From contig QZJO01000013.1 of NCBI GenBank assembly GCA_003599755.1, forward strand, positions 27,729 to 91,728: a DNA stretch of 64,000 nucleotides, written 5' to 3'. The DNA is from Candidatus Parcubacteria bacterium (lineage in GTDB: Bacteria > Patescibacteriota > Minisyncoccia > Sungbacterales > SURF-37). The notes below the pieces were generated by a model, which saw nothing but the letters and a program-made list of their open reading frames with translations, ran no database searches and was not told where the DNA came from. The first letter of the stretch is position 1. Each line of letters opens with the position of its first letter. A program made the translations under genes and the position numbers. This document shows, piece by piece, positions 9,464 through 18,028 of this stretch.

Positions 9464-12334
9464 ATGCCGCGGCCGTACGACCCCAAAGCCATTGAAGCGA
9501 AATGGACCAAGCGCTGGCTCAAGGAAAAAACCTATGAGCCGAACTTTTTGCGCGCGAAACGTCCGTTTTACAACTTGATGATGTTTCCGTATCCCTCGGC
9601 CGAAGGCCTGCACATCGGCAGCGTGCGCACGTTTTCGGGCGTGGATATCTACGGGCGGTTCAAACGCATGCAGGGCCACGACGTATTTGAACCGATGGGC
9701 TTGGACGGGTTCGGCATTCATTCCGAAAACTACGCCCTGAAGGTCGGCAAGCATCCGGCGGATTTGGCCAAAGTCACGGCGAAAAATTTCTATCGCCAGC
9801 TTTCCGAGATCGGCAACGGGTTCGCCTGGGACGAGCGCTTGGAAACGTACGACCCGAAGTATTACCGCTGGACGCAATGGATCTTTGTTCAGATGTTCAA
9901 GCGCGGCCTCGCATACCGCAGAAAGCAGGCCGTGAACTGGTGCCCGTCTTGCAAGACCGTGCTTGCCGACGAACAGGTTATTTCGGGCGAATGCGAACGG
10001 TGCGGGACCGCGGTCGTCAAAAAAGACCTCGAACAGTGGTTTTTCAGAATCACCGAGTACGCCGATCGGCTGCTGAAAAACATCGATGCGCTCAACTGGT
10101 CCGAGAAGATAAAAATCGCCCAGAAGAATTGGATCGGCAAATCCGAAGGCGTGGAGATAAAATTTTCGCTGGAAAAAATCCCCGGCCAGAAAGACGGTGC
10201 TCACTCGGTTACGGTGTTTACCACGCGGCCGGATACGCTCTTTGGCGCGACGTTTCTCGTCATTTCGCCCGAGCTTGCTGATCAATGGATGCACGTGGGC
10301 TGGCGCGCGCCCGAGAAGGTGCGCCGCTACGTTGCCGCCGCGTTGAAGCGCCGCATCGGCGAACCCGCGGCAGGCGATCGGGCAAAGACCGGCGTGGATG
10401 CCGGCTTCGTGGCCGTGAATCCGGCGACCGGCGCGCGGATTCCGGTCTGGGTTTCGGATTACGTGCTCGCCGGCTACGGCACGGGCGCGATCATGGCCGT
10501 GCCCGCGCACGACCAGCGGGACTACGAGTTCGCCAAACAATTCGGCTTGGAAATCGTTTCGGTGATCGATCCGGTCACCGGTACGCCTCAGGAGAATCCG
10601 CGCGAGAAGAAAAAAATCGTCGCCTTCGTGGAAGACGGCGACGCGGTCCTGACCGTACAGTGGGGTCCGGAGCTTGGCGGGCGGTTGCTGATCGGCGGGA
10701 CCGTTGAGGACGGCGAGGATCCGGCGGCAACGGCGCGGCGTGAAATCGCCGAAGAAACGGGATATACCGACGTGGAACTTATCGAGCGGGCGCCGGAGAC
10801 CGTGCATCACCGATACTTCGCTCCTTCGAAGGGCATCGCCTTTCACGCCGCGGTAACGGTGCTCCGTTTCCGGTTGAATAACAAGAAACGGAACGCTCAG
10901 AAACTCGAAGAGAATGAACGGGGCAAGTTTGTAGTGGAGTGGGTGCCGAAATCTCAAGCGCTGCGGGAAGTCACTGATCCGCTGCATCGCTATGCGTTGG
11001 CGAAATACGGCGAAGGAATGGTATACGACGGGCCCGGCGTGCTCGCGCGCTCAGGGAAATTCACCGGCATGCCGTCCGAAGAAGCGAAATGGGCTGTTGC
11101 CGAGGCGGTCGGCGGCACGCGGGTGGCGCGCTACCGCCTGCGCGATTGGCTTTTGTCGCGGCAGCGCTATTGGGGCCCGCCAATTCCGATGATCTATTGC
11201 GACGCGTGCGCCAGGGCGAATAAAGGCGAGCGCGCGGACATGCCCGGATGGTATGCGGTACCGGAGCGCGAGCTCCCGGTGAAGCTTCCGCAGGTCAAAG
11301 AATTTCGGCCCACGGGCATAGGCGTATCGCCGCTGGCAAGCGTGCGTTCGTTTTACGAAGCGCGGTGCCCGGCCTGCAACGCGAAGGCCCGGCGCGAGAC
11401 CGACGTATCGGATACGTTTTTGGATTCGGCGTGGTACTTCCTCCGCTATCCGTCGGTGCGCGAAGCGAAACGGCCGTGGCATTCGGCGATCACCAAGAAG
11501 TGGCTGCCGGTGGCGAGCTACATCGGCGGCGCGGAACACGCGGTACTGCATCTGTTGTATGCGCGGTTCCTCACAATGGTGTTCCATGACTGGGGCATGG
11601 TGGATTTCGAAGAACCGTTCGCGACGTTCCGCGCGCACGGCCTGATCACCAAGGACGGGGCGAAGATGTCCAAATCCAAGGGCAACATCGTGAATCCGGA
11701 CGAATATTTCCGGCAATACGGCGCGGATACTATGCGTACGTACCTTGCCTTTTTGGCGCCGCTGGAACAGGGCGGCGACTTTCGCGACGAAGGCATTCGC
11801 GGCATTACCCGATTTTTGGAGCGTGTCTGGAAATTCTACGACGGCGCGCAGTTTTCCGCGCGGTCGGATAATGCGGTCGCGCGCGCCGCGCATCGGGCCG
11901 CCGACAAAGTCGGCCGCGACATCGAGGCGCTGCAATACAACACCGCGATCTCGGCGCTCATGGTATTGTTGAACGAATTCGAAAGGCGCCCGGACGCAGT
12001 GGGCAGGCGCGAAGCCATGCGGTTTCTCCAACTGCTTGCGCCGTTCGCGCCGTTCATTGCGGAAGAATTGTGGGATCGGTTAAGCGGGAAGGGAAGTATT
12101 CACTGCAGCCGTTGGCCCGAAGTCGATCCGCGGTTCCTCAAAGACGAGACGGTCCAGATCGCCGTGCAGATCAACGGCAAAGTGCGCGATCACATTGCGC
12201 TCGCGCCCGATACGGGGGCAGTAGATGCCCGGAAGGCCGCCTTGGCGCTGCCGAAAGTCCGCGAAATGCTCGGCGCCAACGAACCGAAGAAATTCGTCTA
12301 TGTGCCGGGACGCATCATTAATATCGTGATTTAA
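9464..12334 (+). CDS. leuS: Leucine--tRNA ligase carrying an inserted Nudix hydrolase domain
   Basis: MPRPYDPKAIEAKWTKRW..., HIGH-region 'YPSAEGLHIGS', editing-domain TTRPDTLFGATF, 'KMSKSKGN', RLRDWLLSRQRYWGPPIP. 956 aa, about 100-150 aa longer than typical. The extra segment contains a complete Nudix box GGTVEDGEDPAATARREIAEETGY (see findings). Confidence 0.9.
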   Translation: MPRPYDPKAIEAKWTKRWLKEKTYEPNFLRAKRPFYNLMMFPYPSAEGLHIGSVRTFSGVDIYGRFKRMQGHDVFEPMGLDGFGIHSENYALKVGKHPADLAKVTAKNFYRQLSEIGNGFAWDERLETYDPKYYRWTQWIFVQMFKRGLAYRRKQAVNWCPSCKTVLADEQVISGECERCGTAVVKKDLEQWFFRITEYADRLLKNIDALNWSEKIKIAQKNWIGKSEGVEIKFSLEKIPGQKDGAHSVTVFTTRPDTLFGATFLVISPELADQWMHVGWRAPEKVRRYVAAALKRRIGEPAAGDRAKTGVDAGFVAVNPATGARIPVWVSDYVLAGYGTGAIMAVPAHDQRDYEFAKQFGLEIVSVIDPVTGTPQENPREKKKIVAFVEDGDAVLTVQWGPELGGRLLIGGTVEDGEDPAATARREIAEETGYTDVELIERAPETVHHRYFAPSKGIAFHAAVTVLRFRLNNKKRNAQKLEENERGKFVVEWVPKSQALREVTDPLHRYALAKYGEGMVYDGPGVLARSGKFTGMPSEEAKWAVAEAVGGTRVARYRLRDWLLSRQRYWGPPIPMIYCDACARANKGERADMPGWYAVPERELPVKLPQVKEFRPTGIGVSPLASVRSFYEARCPACNAKARRETDVSDTFLDSAWYFLRYPSVREAKRPWHSAITKKWLPVASYIGGAEHAVLHLLYARFLTMVFHDWGMVDFEEPFATFRAHGLITKDGAKMSKSKGNIVNPDEYFRQYGADTMRTYLAFLAPLEQGGDFRDEGIRGITRFLERVWKFYDGAQFSARSDNAVARAAHRAADKVGRDIEALQYNTAISALMVLLNEFERRPDAVGRREAMRFLQLLAPFAPFIAEELWDRLSGKGSIHCSRWPEVDPRFLKDETVQIAVQINGKVRDHIALAPDTGAVDARKAALALPKVREMLGANEPKKFVYVPGRIINIVI

Positions 12335-12340
12335 TAACGA

Positions 12341-13021
12341 ATGGACGTCTTGCACCTGACCGAACGCAATATTGATGCGGCCGCGGACCATGCGGCTTCG
12401 CTGATCAAGCGCGGCGGCATCGCGGCGGTGCCGACCGATACCGTCTATGGCCTAGTCGGCGATGCGCTGCGGCCGTCTTCAGTGGGCAAGATTTACCGTA
12501 TCAAGGCGCGCGCGTTTACCAAGGCCTTGCCGATTTTCGTGCGGGATATCGCCATGGCGCAGCAATACGCCTACATCGAGCGGCGCCTGGTTCCGTTTTT
12601 GCAGGAAGTATGGCCCGGACCGACCACGATTATTCTGCGCAAAAAAGATGCGTTGCCCGATTCGCTGACCGGCGGCACCAACACGATCGGCATGCGCATT
12701 CCGGCCAGCCCCTTCATCGCCGCACTGCTCGCGCGGTTTGATAATCCGCTGGCCGAAACGTCGGCGAACATTTCGGGCAGCGAGCCGGCAACGACGGCCA
12801 GCGAAGTACAAAACACGTTCATGCATCACATCCCGCAGCCCGAGCTCGTGGTCGACGGCGGGAAAATCGAATCCGAGGGCCCTTCGGCCGTGCTCGATCT
12901 GACGCGGCCGGACAATCCCAAAATTTTGCGCATGGGCTCGATCACCAAAGAAAAGCTCGACGAAATGCTCGCGCAGTGGAACCGCTTCGCGTCCCAGGAG
13001 GGCATACCAAACGGCAACTGA
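12341..13021 (+). CDS. tsaC: L-threonylcarbamoyladenylate synthase (TsaC/YrdC/Sua5 family)
   Basis: VPTDTVYGLVGDA, LPIFVRDI, WPGPTTIIL and GMRIPASP are YrdC-fold signature segments. 226 aa. Confidence 0.8.
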   Translation: MDVLHLTERNIDAAADHAASLIKRGGIAAVPTDTVYGLVGDALRPSSVGKIYRIKARAFTKALPIFVRDIAMAQQYAYIERRLVPFLQEVWPGPTTIILRKKDALPDSLTGGTNTIGMRIPASPFIAALLARFDNPLAETSANISGSEPATTASEVQNTFMHHIPQPELVVDGGKIESEGPSAVLDLTRPDNPKILRMGSITKEKLDEMLAQWNRFASQEGIPNGN

Positions 13022-13074
13022 TATGGACGAGGAGCTCCGCGCCGCAGAGCGGCGCGGTACCTCGCGACAAACAC

Positions 13075-14328
13075 ATGAAAAAAACTTCACTCGGGAAAAC
13101 CGACCCCGCGCTCGCGCGGCTCATCCGCGCCGAAGCCAAGCGCCAAGAAGAAATGCTGGATCTGATTCCTTCGGAAAATTTCGCGTCGGTTGCGGTGCGC
13201 GAAGCTGTGGGCTCGGTGCTCACGAATAAATACTCGGAAGGATATCCAGGCAAACGCTATTATCCCGGCAACGCGATCGTGGACGAGATTGAGCTTCTTG
13301 CCCAGAAGCGCGCGCTTGCCGCGTTCAAATTGTCGCCCGATGCCTGGGCTGTCAATGTGCAGCCGTATTCGGGCTCGCCCGCGAACATTGCAATATACGC
13401 CGGCCTTATGGATATCGGCGATACGGTCCTCGGCATGGCGCTGGCGGCCGGCGGGCATCTGACGCACGGACACAAGGTAAACTTCTCCGGCCGCGCGTGG
13501 CACGCGGTCCAATACGGCGTGGCCGTTGCGACGGGGCGCATTGATTACGAATCTGTGCGCGCGTTGGCCGAGCGGCACAAGCCCAAAGTCATTGTTTCGG
13601 GTACGACCGCGTATCCGCGCCAGATCGATTTCAAAAAATTCGGCGCGATCGCCAAGCGCGCCAAGGCCTATCACGTCGCCGATATCTCGCACATCGCGGG
13701 GCTGGTCGCCGCGGGCGTCCATCCGTCGCCGTTCGGATATGCGGATGCGGTCATGACGACGACGCACAAAAGTTTGCGCGGCCCGCGCGGGGCCATCATC
13801 TTTGCGCGCAAAGCCGTCGCCGACCAGATCGATCGCGCGGTGTTTCCCGGCATGCAGGGCGGCCCGCATAATCACGTGACCGCGGGCATTGCGGCCATGT
13901 TTGCCGAAGCGCTCCGCCCTTCGTTCCGGCGCTATCAAAAGCAGATCGTGAAAAATGCGCAGGCGCTCGCGAGCGGATTATTGAGCCATGGATTCGCGCT
14001 CATCACCGGCGGCACGGACACCCATCTGGTGCTTGCCGACGTGCGGCCGTTCAATCTGGACGGCATGGCCGCCGAGCGGAAGCTCGAAGCGGTCGGCATC
14101 ACTGCGAATCGCAACACTATTCCCGGCGACGCGTCGCCCTTTCGGCCGTCGGGCCTGCGCATGGGTACGCCCGCGCTCACGACGCGCGGCATGCGCGAGA
14201 AGGAAATGCGCGAGGTCGCGGATCTGATTGCTGAGACACTCCGCGGGGGCGCGGCCGGCCCGATCAGGCGCCGCGTACAAAAGCTCTGTAAACGATTTCC
14301 CATCAATGGCAACGTTGCTCGACGGTAA
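13075..14328 (+). CDS. glyA: Serine hydroxymethyltransferase
   Basis: LIPSENFASVAVREAVGSVLTNKYSEGYPGKRYY and TTTHKSLRGPRG (PLP-lysine region). Start set at ATG 13075 (MKKTSLGK); track ORF 12976..14328. Confidence 0.9.
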   Translation: MKKTSLGKTDPALARLIRAEAKRQEEMLDLIPSENFASVAVREAVGSVLTNKYSEGYPGKRYYPGNAIVDEIELLAQKRALAAFKLSPDAWAVNVQPYSGSPANIAIYAGLMDIGDTVLGMALAAGGHLTHGHKVNFSGRAWHAVQYGVAVATGRIDYESVRALAERHKPKVIVSGTTAYPRQIDFKKFGAIAKRAKAYHVADISHIAGLVAAGVHPSPFGYADAVMTTTHKSLRGPRGAIIFARKAVADQIDRAVFPGMQGGPHNHVTAGIAAMFAEALRPSFRRYQKQIVKNAQALASGLLSHGFALITGGTDTHLVLADVRPFNLDGMAAERKLEAVGITANRNTIPGDASPFRPSGLRMGTPALTTRGMREKEMREVADLIAETLRGGAAGPIRRRVQKLCKRFPINGNVARR

Positions 14329-15142
14329 AGCCCTTGCGGGCCAGATTATCGAGGAACTTCGCGCGGAATACGCGAAGCTGCCGCGACCGCTTTCGCTCGC
14401 GATCGTGGTCGTCGGCGGCACCGAAGCGATCCGAAAATTCGTGGCGCAAAAGGAAAAAGTCGCCCATGAGCTTGGCGTGAATTTTCGCATGCATGAGTAT
14501 GACGCCGCGATCTCCACCGATGCATTGCGCAAGCGTATGGCGGCATTGGCCCATGACGCGGATCCGGACGGCATCATCGTGCAATTGCCGCTCGCCGAGC
14601 ATATCAATCAGCAGAGCGTTTTGAATGCCGTGCCGCCCGAAAAAGACGTGGACGTTCTCTCGGCGCGCGCGCTTGGGAATCTTTTTGTCGGAAAGCAACG
14701 AGTGCTGCCCGGCGTCGTCGGCGCGGTCAAGGCGTTGCTCGAGGCGTATGCCATAGATTGGACAAAAAAGGCCGCGGTGATCGTGGGTGCCGGGTTGCTT
14801 GTCGGCAAACCGATGGCTGCGTGGTTGTTAAACGAGCGGGTGACGTTTTCGGTCGTGCGCTCCACGACGTCCGACATCGGCGACTATATCCGGCGCGCGG
14901 ATGTGGTTATCACCGGCGTGGGCAAGCCGGGGCTTATTACCGCGGATATGGTCAAAGACGGCGCGATCGTCATCGATGCGGGTACGTCGGAATCGGCGGG
15001 AAAGCTCGTGGGCGACGTGGATTTCGAGCCAGTTTCGAACAAAGCGTCGTTCATCACGCCCGTGCCCGGCGGCGTGGGTCCGCTGACCGTGGCGATGATC
15101 TATAAGAATCTTTTGGAACTATACCGAGCAAAAAAGCGATGA
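14306..15142 (+). CDS. folD: Bifunctional methylenetetrahydrofolate dehydrogenase/cyclohydrolase
   Basis: MATLLDGKALAGQIIEEL..., VGKPMAAWLL and PVPGGVGPLTVAMI. Overlaps the glyA end by 23 nt; start trimmed from track ORF 14228. Confidence 0.85.
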   Translation: MATLLDGKALAGQIIEELRAEYAKLPRPLSLAIVVVGGTEAIRKFVAQKEKVAHELGVNFRMHEYDAAISTDALRKRMAALAHDADPDGIIVQLPLAEHINQQSVLNAVPPEKDVDVLSARALGNLFVGKQRVLPGVVGAVKALLEAYAIDWTKKAAVIVGAGLLVGKPMAAWLLNERVTFSVVRSTTSDIGDYIRRADVVITGVGKPGLITADMVKDGAIVIDAGTSESAGKLVGDVDFEPVSNKASFITPVPGGVGPLTVAMIYKNLLELYRAKKR

Positions 15143-15690
15143 ACGCGTTCGATTTTTTCCTATTCGAATGGCTTAATGGACTCGTACTCCGCTGGCCGTG
15201 GTTCGATGCTGTGGTAATTCTTGCGGGCAAGAAACTGCCATACGGAGTAGGCATTGCGTTTGCGGTACTGTTTTTACTGCCGATTTTTCCTCGATTTCGG
15301 CAACGCGCATGGAAAAATTTGGAAATGTTTTTCGTGGCGCTCGGCGGAGCGATCATTGCGCGTCTCGTAGTGGCGGGGGCTATTCGTTACTTCTATGATC
15401 GACCCCGACCGTTTGAAGTAGTCGATAACGCGCGGCAGCTGATCGATCATGCGATTGGCGCCTCATTTCCATCGGGCCATGCGGTATTTTTCTTCGCGCT
15501 CGCGGCAGGAATCTGGCCGTATTACAAAAAAACGAGCGCGGCGTTTTTCGGAGCCGCAATGCTGGTTTCGATAGGCCGGATTATGGGCGGCGTGCATTGG
15601 CCCTCGGATATTATTGCAGGCGCCATACTCGGTATTGCGACGACCGGGCTCTTAGTTATGGCAACGCGACGCATCCGGTCCGAATCATGA
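15139..15690 (+). CDS. PAP2-superfamily membrane phosphatase (undecaprenyl-diphosphatase/PgpB-like)
   Basis: PAP2 motifs KxxxxxxRP (YDRPRPF), SFPSGH and GVHWPSD; multiple TM helices. Confidence 0.75.
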   Translation: MNAFDFFLFEWLNGLVLRWPWFDAVVILAGKKLPYGVGIAFAVLFLLPIFPRFRQRAWKNLEMFFVALGGAIIARLVVAGAIRYFYDRPRPFEVVDNARQLIDHAIGASFPSGHAVFFFALAAGIWPYYKKTSAAFFGAAMLVSIGRIMGGVHWPSDIIAGAILGIATTGLLVMATRRIRSES

Positions 15691-16961
15691 ATCTTGTTCC
15701 CGTTCCGGTACAGCCGCATGCGCGTTCGATACTCCGGCGATATCGGACGCTCAATCCGGGTTTATTTCGCCGTCTTCGCCGGGCGGGCGGGCGACTCACG
15801 GGGACTGCCGTATTGCATATCAGCGCCACGCCGCGCGGTGGCGGCGTGGCCGAAATACTCCAAAGCGAGGTTGCGCTCGAGCAGGGACTCGGCATGGACA
15901 GCCGGTGGTTGGTTATCCGCGCGCCGCGGAAATTTTTTGCCATCACGAAAAAAATTCATAACCTTCTGCAGGGAGCAGCGGGAAAGCTTACCGAGCAGGA
16001 AAAAGGATATTATCTTGCCGCAAACCGGGAGTTTGTCGCGGCGTTTGCTCGAGCCGCGCGCGGCGTTGAACGCGCGGTGGTGGTCGTGCATGATCCCCAG
16101 CCGCTTGCGATGATCGGCGGATTGCCGGCAGAAATTTCGACCGTACTGCGCCTGCATATTGATTTGGCGACGCCCGATCCCGCGACGCTCGAATTTTTCC
16201 GGCCGATGATCGACCGATACGACCGCGTCATCGTGAGCGAACGAGCGTACTTGGTTTCATTGCCGTGGCTGCGGCGCGCGAAAGCGCGCGTGATATTTCC
16301 TGCGATCGACCCGTTGTCCGAGAAGAACCGACCGATGTCCCGCCGTGCGGCCGAGCGTCTGCTGTTGGAATTCGGTATTGATTGTTCGCGGCCGCTCGTT
16401 ACGCAGGTCTCACGATTCGATCCTTGGAAAGACCCCATCGGTGTCGTTCAGGCGTACTATCGTGCAAAAAACGATATTCCGGATTTGCAATTGGCGCTTG
16501 CCGGCTTGCGTGTCGCGGTCGACGATCCGGAGGCAGAGGCCGTATTCCGGAAAGTGCGCAAGTTCGCGCGCGGCGATTCGGCAATTCATTTATTCGGGGA
16601 TCACGAGCAGCTCAAAACCGTTTCTGGTGACCGATTCGTCAGCGCGCTCTATACGGCAAGCGATGTCGTTATCCAAAAAAGCATTCGCGAAGGGTTTGGC
16701 CTGACGGTGGCCGAAGCACTGTGGAAAGGGAAGCCGGTCGTTGCCGGTATGACCATCGGCACCAAAGCGCAGATCCAAAATGGTAAAAACGGCCTGCTCG
16801 TCGCTTCGCCCGAGGAGGCGGCCTCAGCGATCATCAAACTTATGCGCGATCGCCGGCTTGCCGCGCGCCTCGGCGCGGCCGGCAAAAAATCCGTGCAGCA
16901 GCGGTTTTTGCTGCCGCGTCTCGCGCTCGATATGGCCAACGTCTTTGGAGAGTTGGTGTAG
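15687..16961 (+). CDS. GT4-family glycosyltransferase (trehalose-synthase/TreT-like, RFDPWKDPIGV motif)
   Basis: Start ATG 15687 overlaps the PAP2 stop (ATGA). SRFDPWKDP... and a C-terminal GT-B fold signature EGFGLTVAEALWKGKPVVA. Confidence 0.7.
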   Translation: MNLVPVPVQPHARSILRRYRTLNPGLFRRLRRAGGRLTGTAVLHISATPRGGGVAEILQSEVALEQGLGMDSRWLVIRAPRKFFAITKKIHNLLQGAAGKLTEQEKGYYLAANREFVAAFARAARGVERAVVVVHDPQPLAMIGGLPAEISTVLRLHIDLATPDPATLEFFRPMIDRYDRVIVSERAYLVSLPWLRRAKARVIFPAIDPLSEKNRPMSRRAAERLLLEFGIDCSRPLVTQVSRFDPWKDPIGVVQAYYRAKNDIPDLQLALAGLRVAVDDPEAEAVFRKVRKFARGDSAIHLFGDHEQLKTVSGDRFVSALYTASDVVIQKSIREGFGLTVAEALWKGKPVVAGMTIGTKAQIQNGKNGLLVASPEEAASAIIKLMRDRRLAARLGAAGKKSVQQRFLLPRLALDMANVFGELV

Positions 16962-16976
16962 CGATATTCGAAACTG

Positions 16977-17696
16977 CTACTGACGTAAGGCGAATGGGTT
17001 AAAGTTTGTTCCCTCGTCGTAGGTATCAAGACCTTCCTTACGCTTGATAATCTTAATTACTCTTTGGGTGATCGGGAGGACAATTATTTCCCAGGTTGTG
17101 GCGAAGACAACGGTTGTAATTGTAAGGGGGATAATCTCTTCTGCAGTAAACCAGCCAGCGAAATAAAAAGCGGTAAAGAATGCAATGGTATTGTCCACTG
17201 TTTGTCCAAAAAGTGTGGATAGGACGAGGCGCACACCTATAAATCTTCCTTGCGTCCAAAGCTTCATTTTTGCGACGACATAGGAGTTTGTTAGTTCTCC
17301 GGCAAAAAATGCAACAATAAATCCTAGAGCAATGATTGGTGCGGCCCGGAAGATTAGATTAAATGCCTCGTTGTACTCGAAACTAGGATTGGGTACAAAA
17401 CTATAAATTGAAGTAAGTGTTGCCGAAAGGAGCATACAGGCAAAGCCGGTCCACACGATTTTTCTAGTAACTCGGTAGCCGTACACTTCGGTAAAAATGT
17501 CGGCAAAGATATATACGAATGGATATGCTATTGCTCCCACGGAAAAAACGAGGCTGCCAATGTAAAAGGTTTTAAGTGAAGTAAAGGTGCCGACAAGCAA
17601 AACCGTGACCCATAACATTCCAAAAACTCCTAGCCATTTGTGTGGTTGTGCCGCCGAAACAGCTGGGTCTGTGATGAGTTGTTTTTCTTGCTTCAT
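16977..17696 (-). CDS. Queuosine-precursor (YhhQ/DUF165, VUT family) transporter-like membrane protein; conspicuously low-GC gene
   Basis: 239-aa polytopic membrane protein (…YPFVYIFADIFTEVYGYR…LFGQTVDNTIAF…) typical of YhhQ. By eye the region is about 40-45% GC, against over 60% for its neighbours. Confidence 0.65.
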   Translation of the reverse strand: MKQEKQLITDPAVSAAQPHKWLGVFGMLWVTVLLVGTFTSLKTFYIGSLVFSVGAIAYPFVYIFADIFTEVYGYRVTRKIVWTGFACMLLSATLTSIYSFVPNPSFEYNEAFNLIFRAAPIIALGFIVAFFAGELTNSYVVAKMKLWTQGRFIGVRLVLSTLFGQTVDNTIAFFTAFYFAGWFTAEEIIPLTITTVVFATTWEIIVLPITQRVIKIIKRKEGLDTYDEGTNFNPFALRQ

Positions 17697-17767
17697 ATGG
17701 GTAAGAAATTTCTTCCCAAAATGCAGGCCGCCAATTCATTTTATCCAAACTCGTTGATTTTTCTACT

Positions 17768-17826
17768 TGGTGCCGAGGGATGGAGTTGAACCCTCACGCC
17801 CTTGCGAGCAACGGATTTTGAGTCCG
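17768..17826 (-). pseudogene. tRNA-Leu(CAA)-like 3' fragment (anticodon arm through CCA); no 5' acceptor strand or D-arm
   Basis: Minus-strand sequence ACGGA-CTCAAAA-TCCGT (anticodon CAA), a long variable arm, GAGGG-TTCAACT-CCATC T-arm (one G.A mismatch), acceptor 3' strand CCTCGGC and an encoded CCA. Only 23 nt lie between it and the intact tRNA, too few for a D-arm and 5' acceptor, and no GCCGAGG partner is present. Confidence 0.5.
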
Positions 17827-17850
17827 TTGTGCCCCGAACTAAATTTTCTG

Positions 17851-17934
17851 TGCCGCGGGAGAGAGTCGAACTCTCATGAGGTTGCCCTCGCTGGATTTTG
17901 AGTCCAGTGCGTCTGCCAGTTCCGCCACCGCGGC
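17851..17934 (-). tRNA. tRNA-Leu (anticodon CAA), type II with long variable arm, 84 nt, CCA not encoded
   Basis: Hand fold: acceptor GCCGCGG/CCGCGGC (perfect), D-arm GCGG-AACTGGCAG-ACGC, anticodon arm CTGGA-CTCAAAA-TCCAG, variable arm CGAGGGCAACCTCATG, T-arm GAGAG-TTCGACT-CTCTC, discriminator A. Confidence 0.8.
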
Positions 17935-17943
17935 GCACGGCTC

Positions 17944-17971
17944 ATTCTATCGCTTTTTCCAGCTTTTGCAA
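17944..17971 (-). promoter_or_regulatory. Putative sigma70-type promoter for tRNA-Leu (TTGCAA-N16-TAGAAT)
   Basis: On the minus strand: -35 TTGCAA (+17966..17971), 16-nt spacer, -10 TAGAAT (+17944..17949), about 9 nt upstream of the tRNA 5' end. Confidence 0.4.
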
Positions 17972-18028
17972 TAAGAAGCGCCCCGCCGCGTTCTGACTTC
18001 GAACACGACGGGGCGATATAACGGCGGG

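Noticed and set aside
17768-17856. Possibility that the sequence next to tRNA-Leu is a second complete tRNA-Leu gene
   Set aside because: Only 83 nt (including CCA) are available between the intact tRNA and the CCA. The anticodon stem begins 23 nt into this stretch, leaving no room for a 7-nt acceptor strand plus a D-arm, and no sequence complementary to the 3' acceptor strand CCTCGGC exists. Called a fragment or pseudogene instead.
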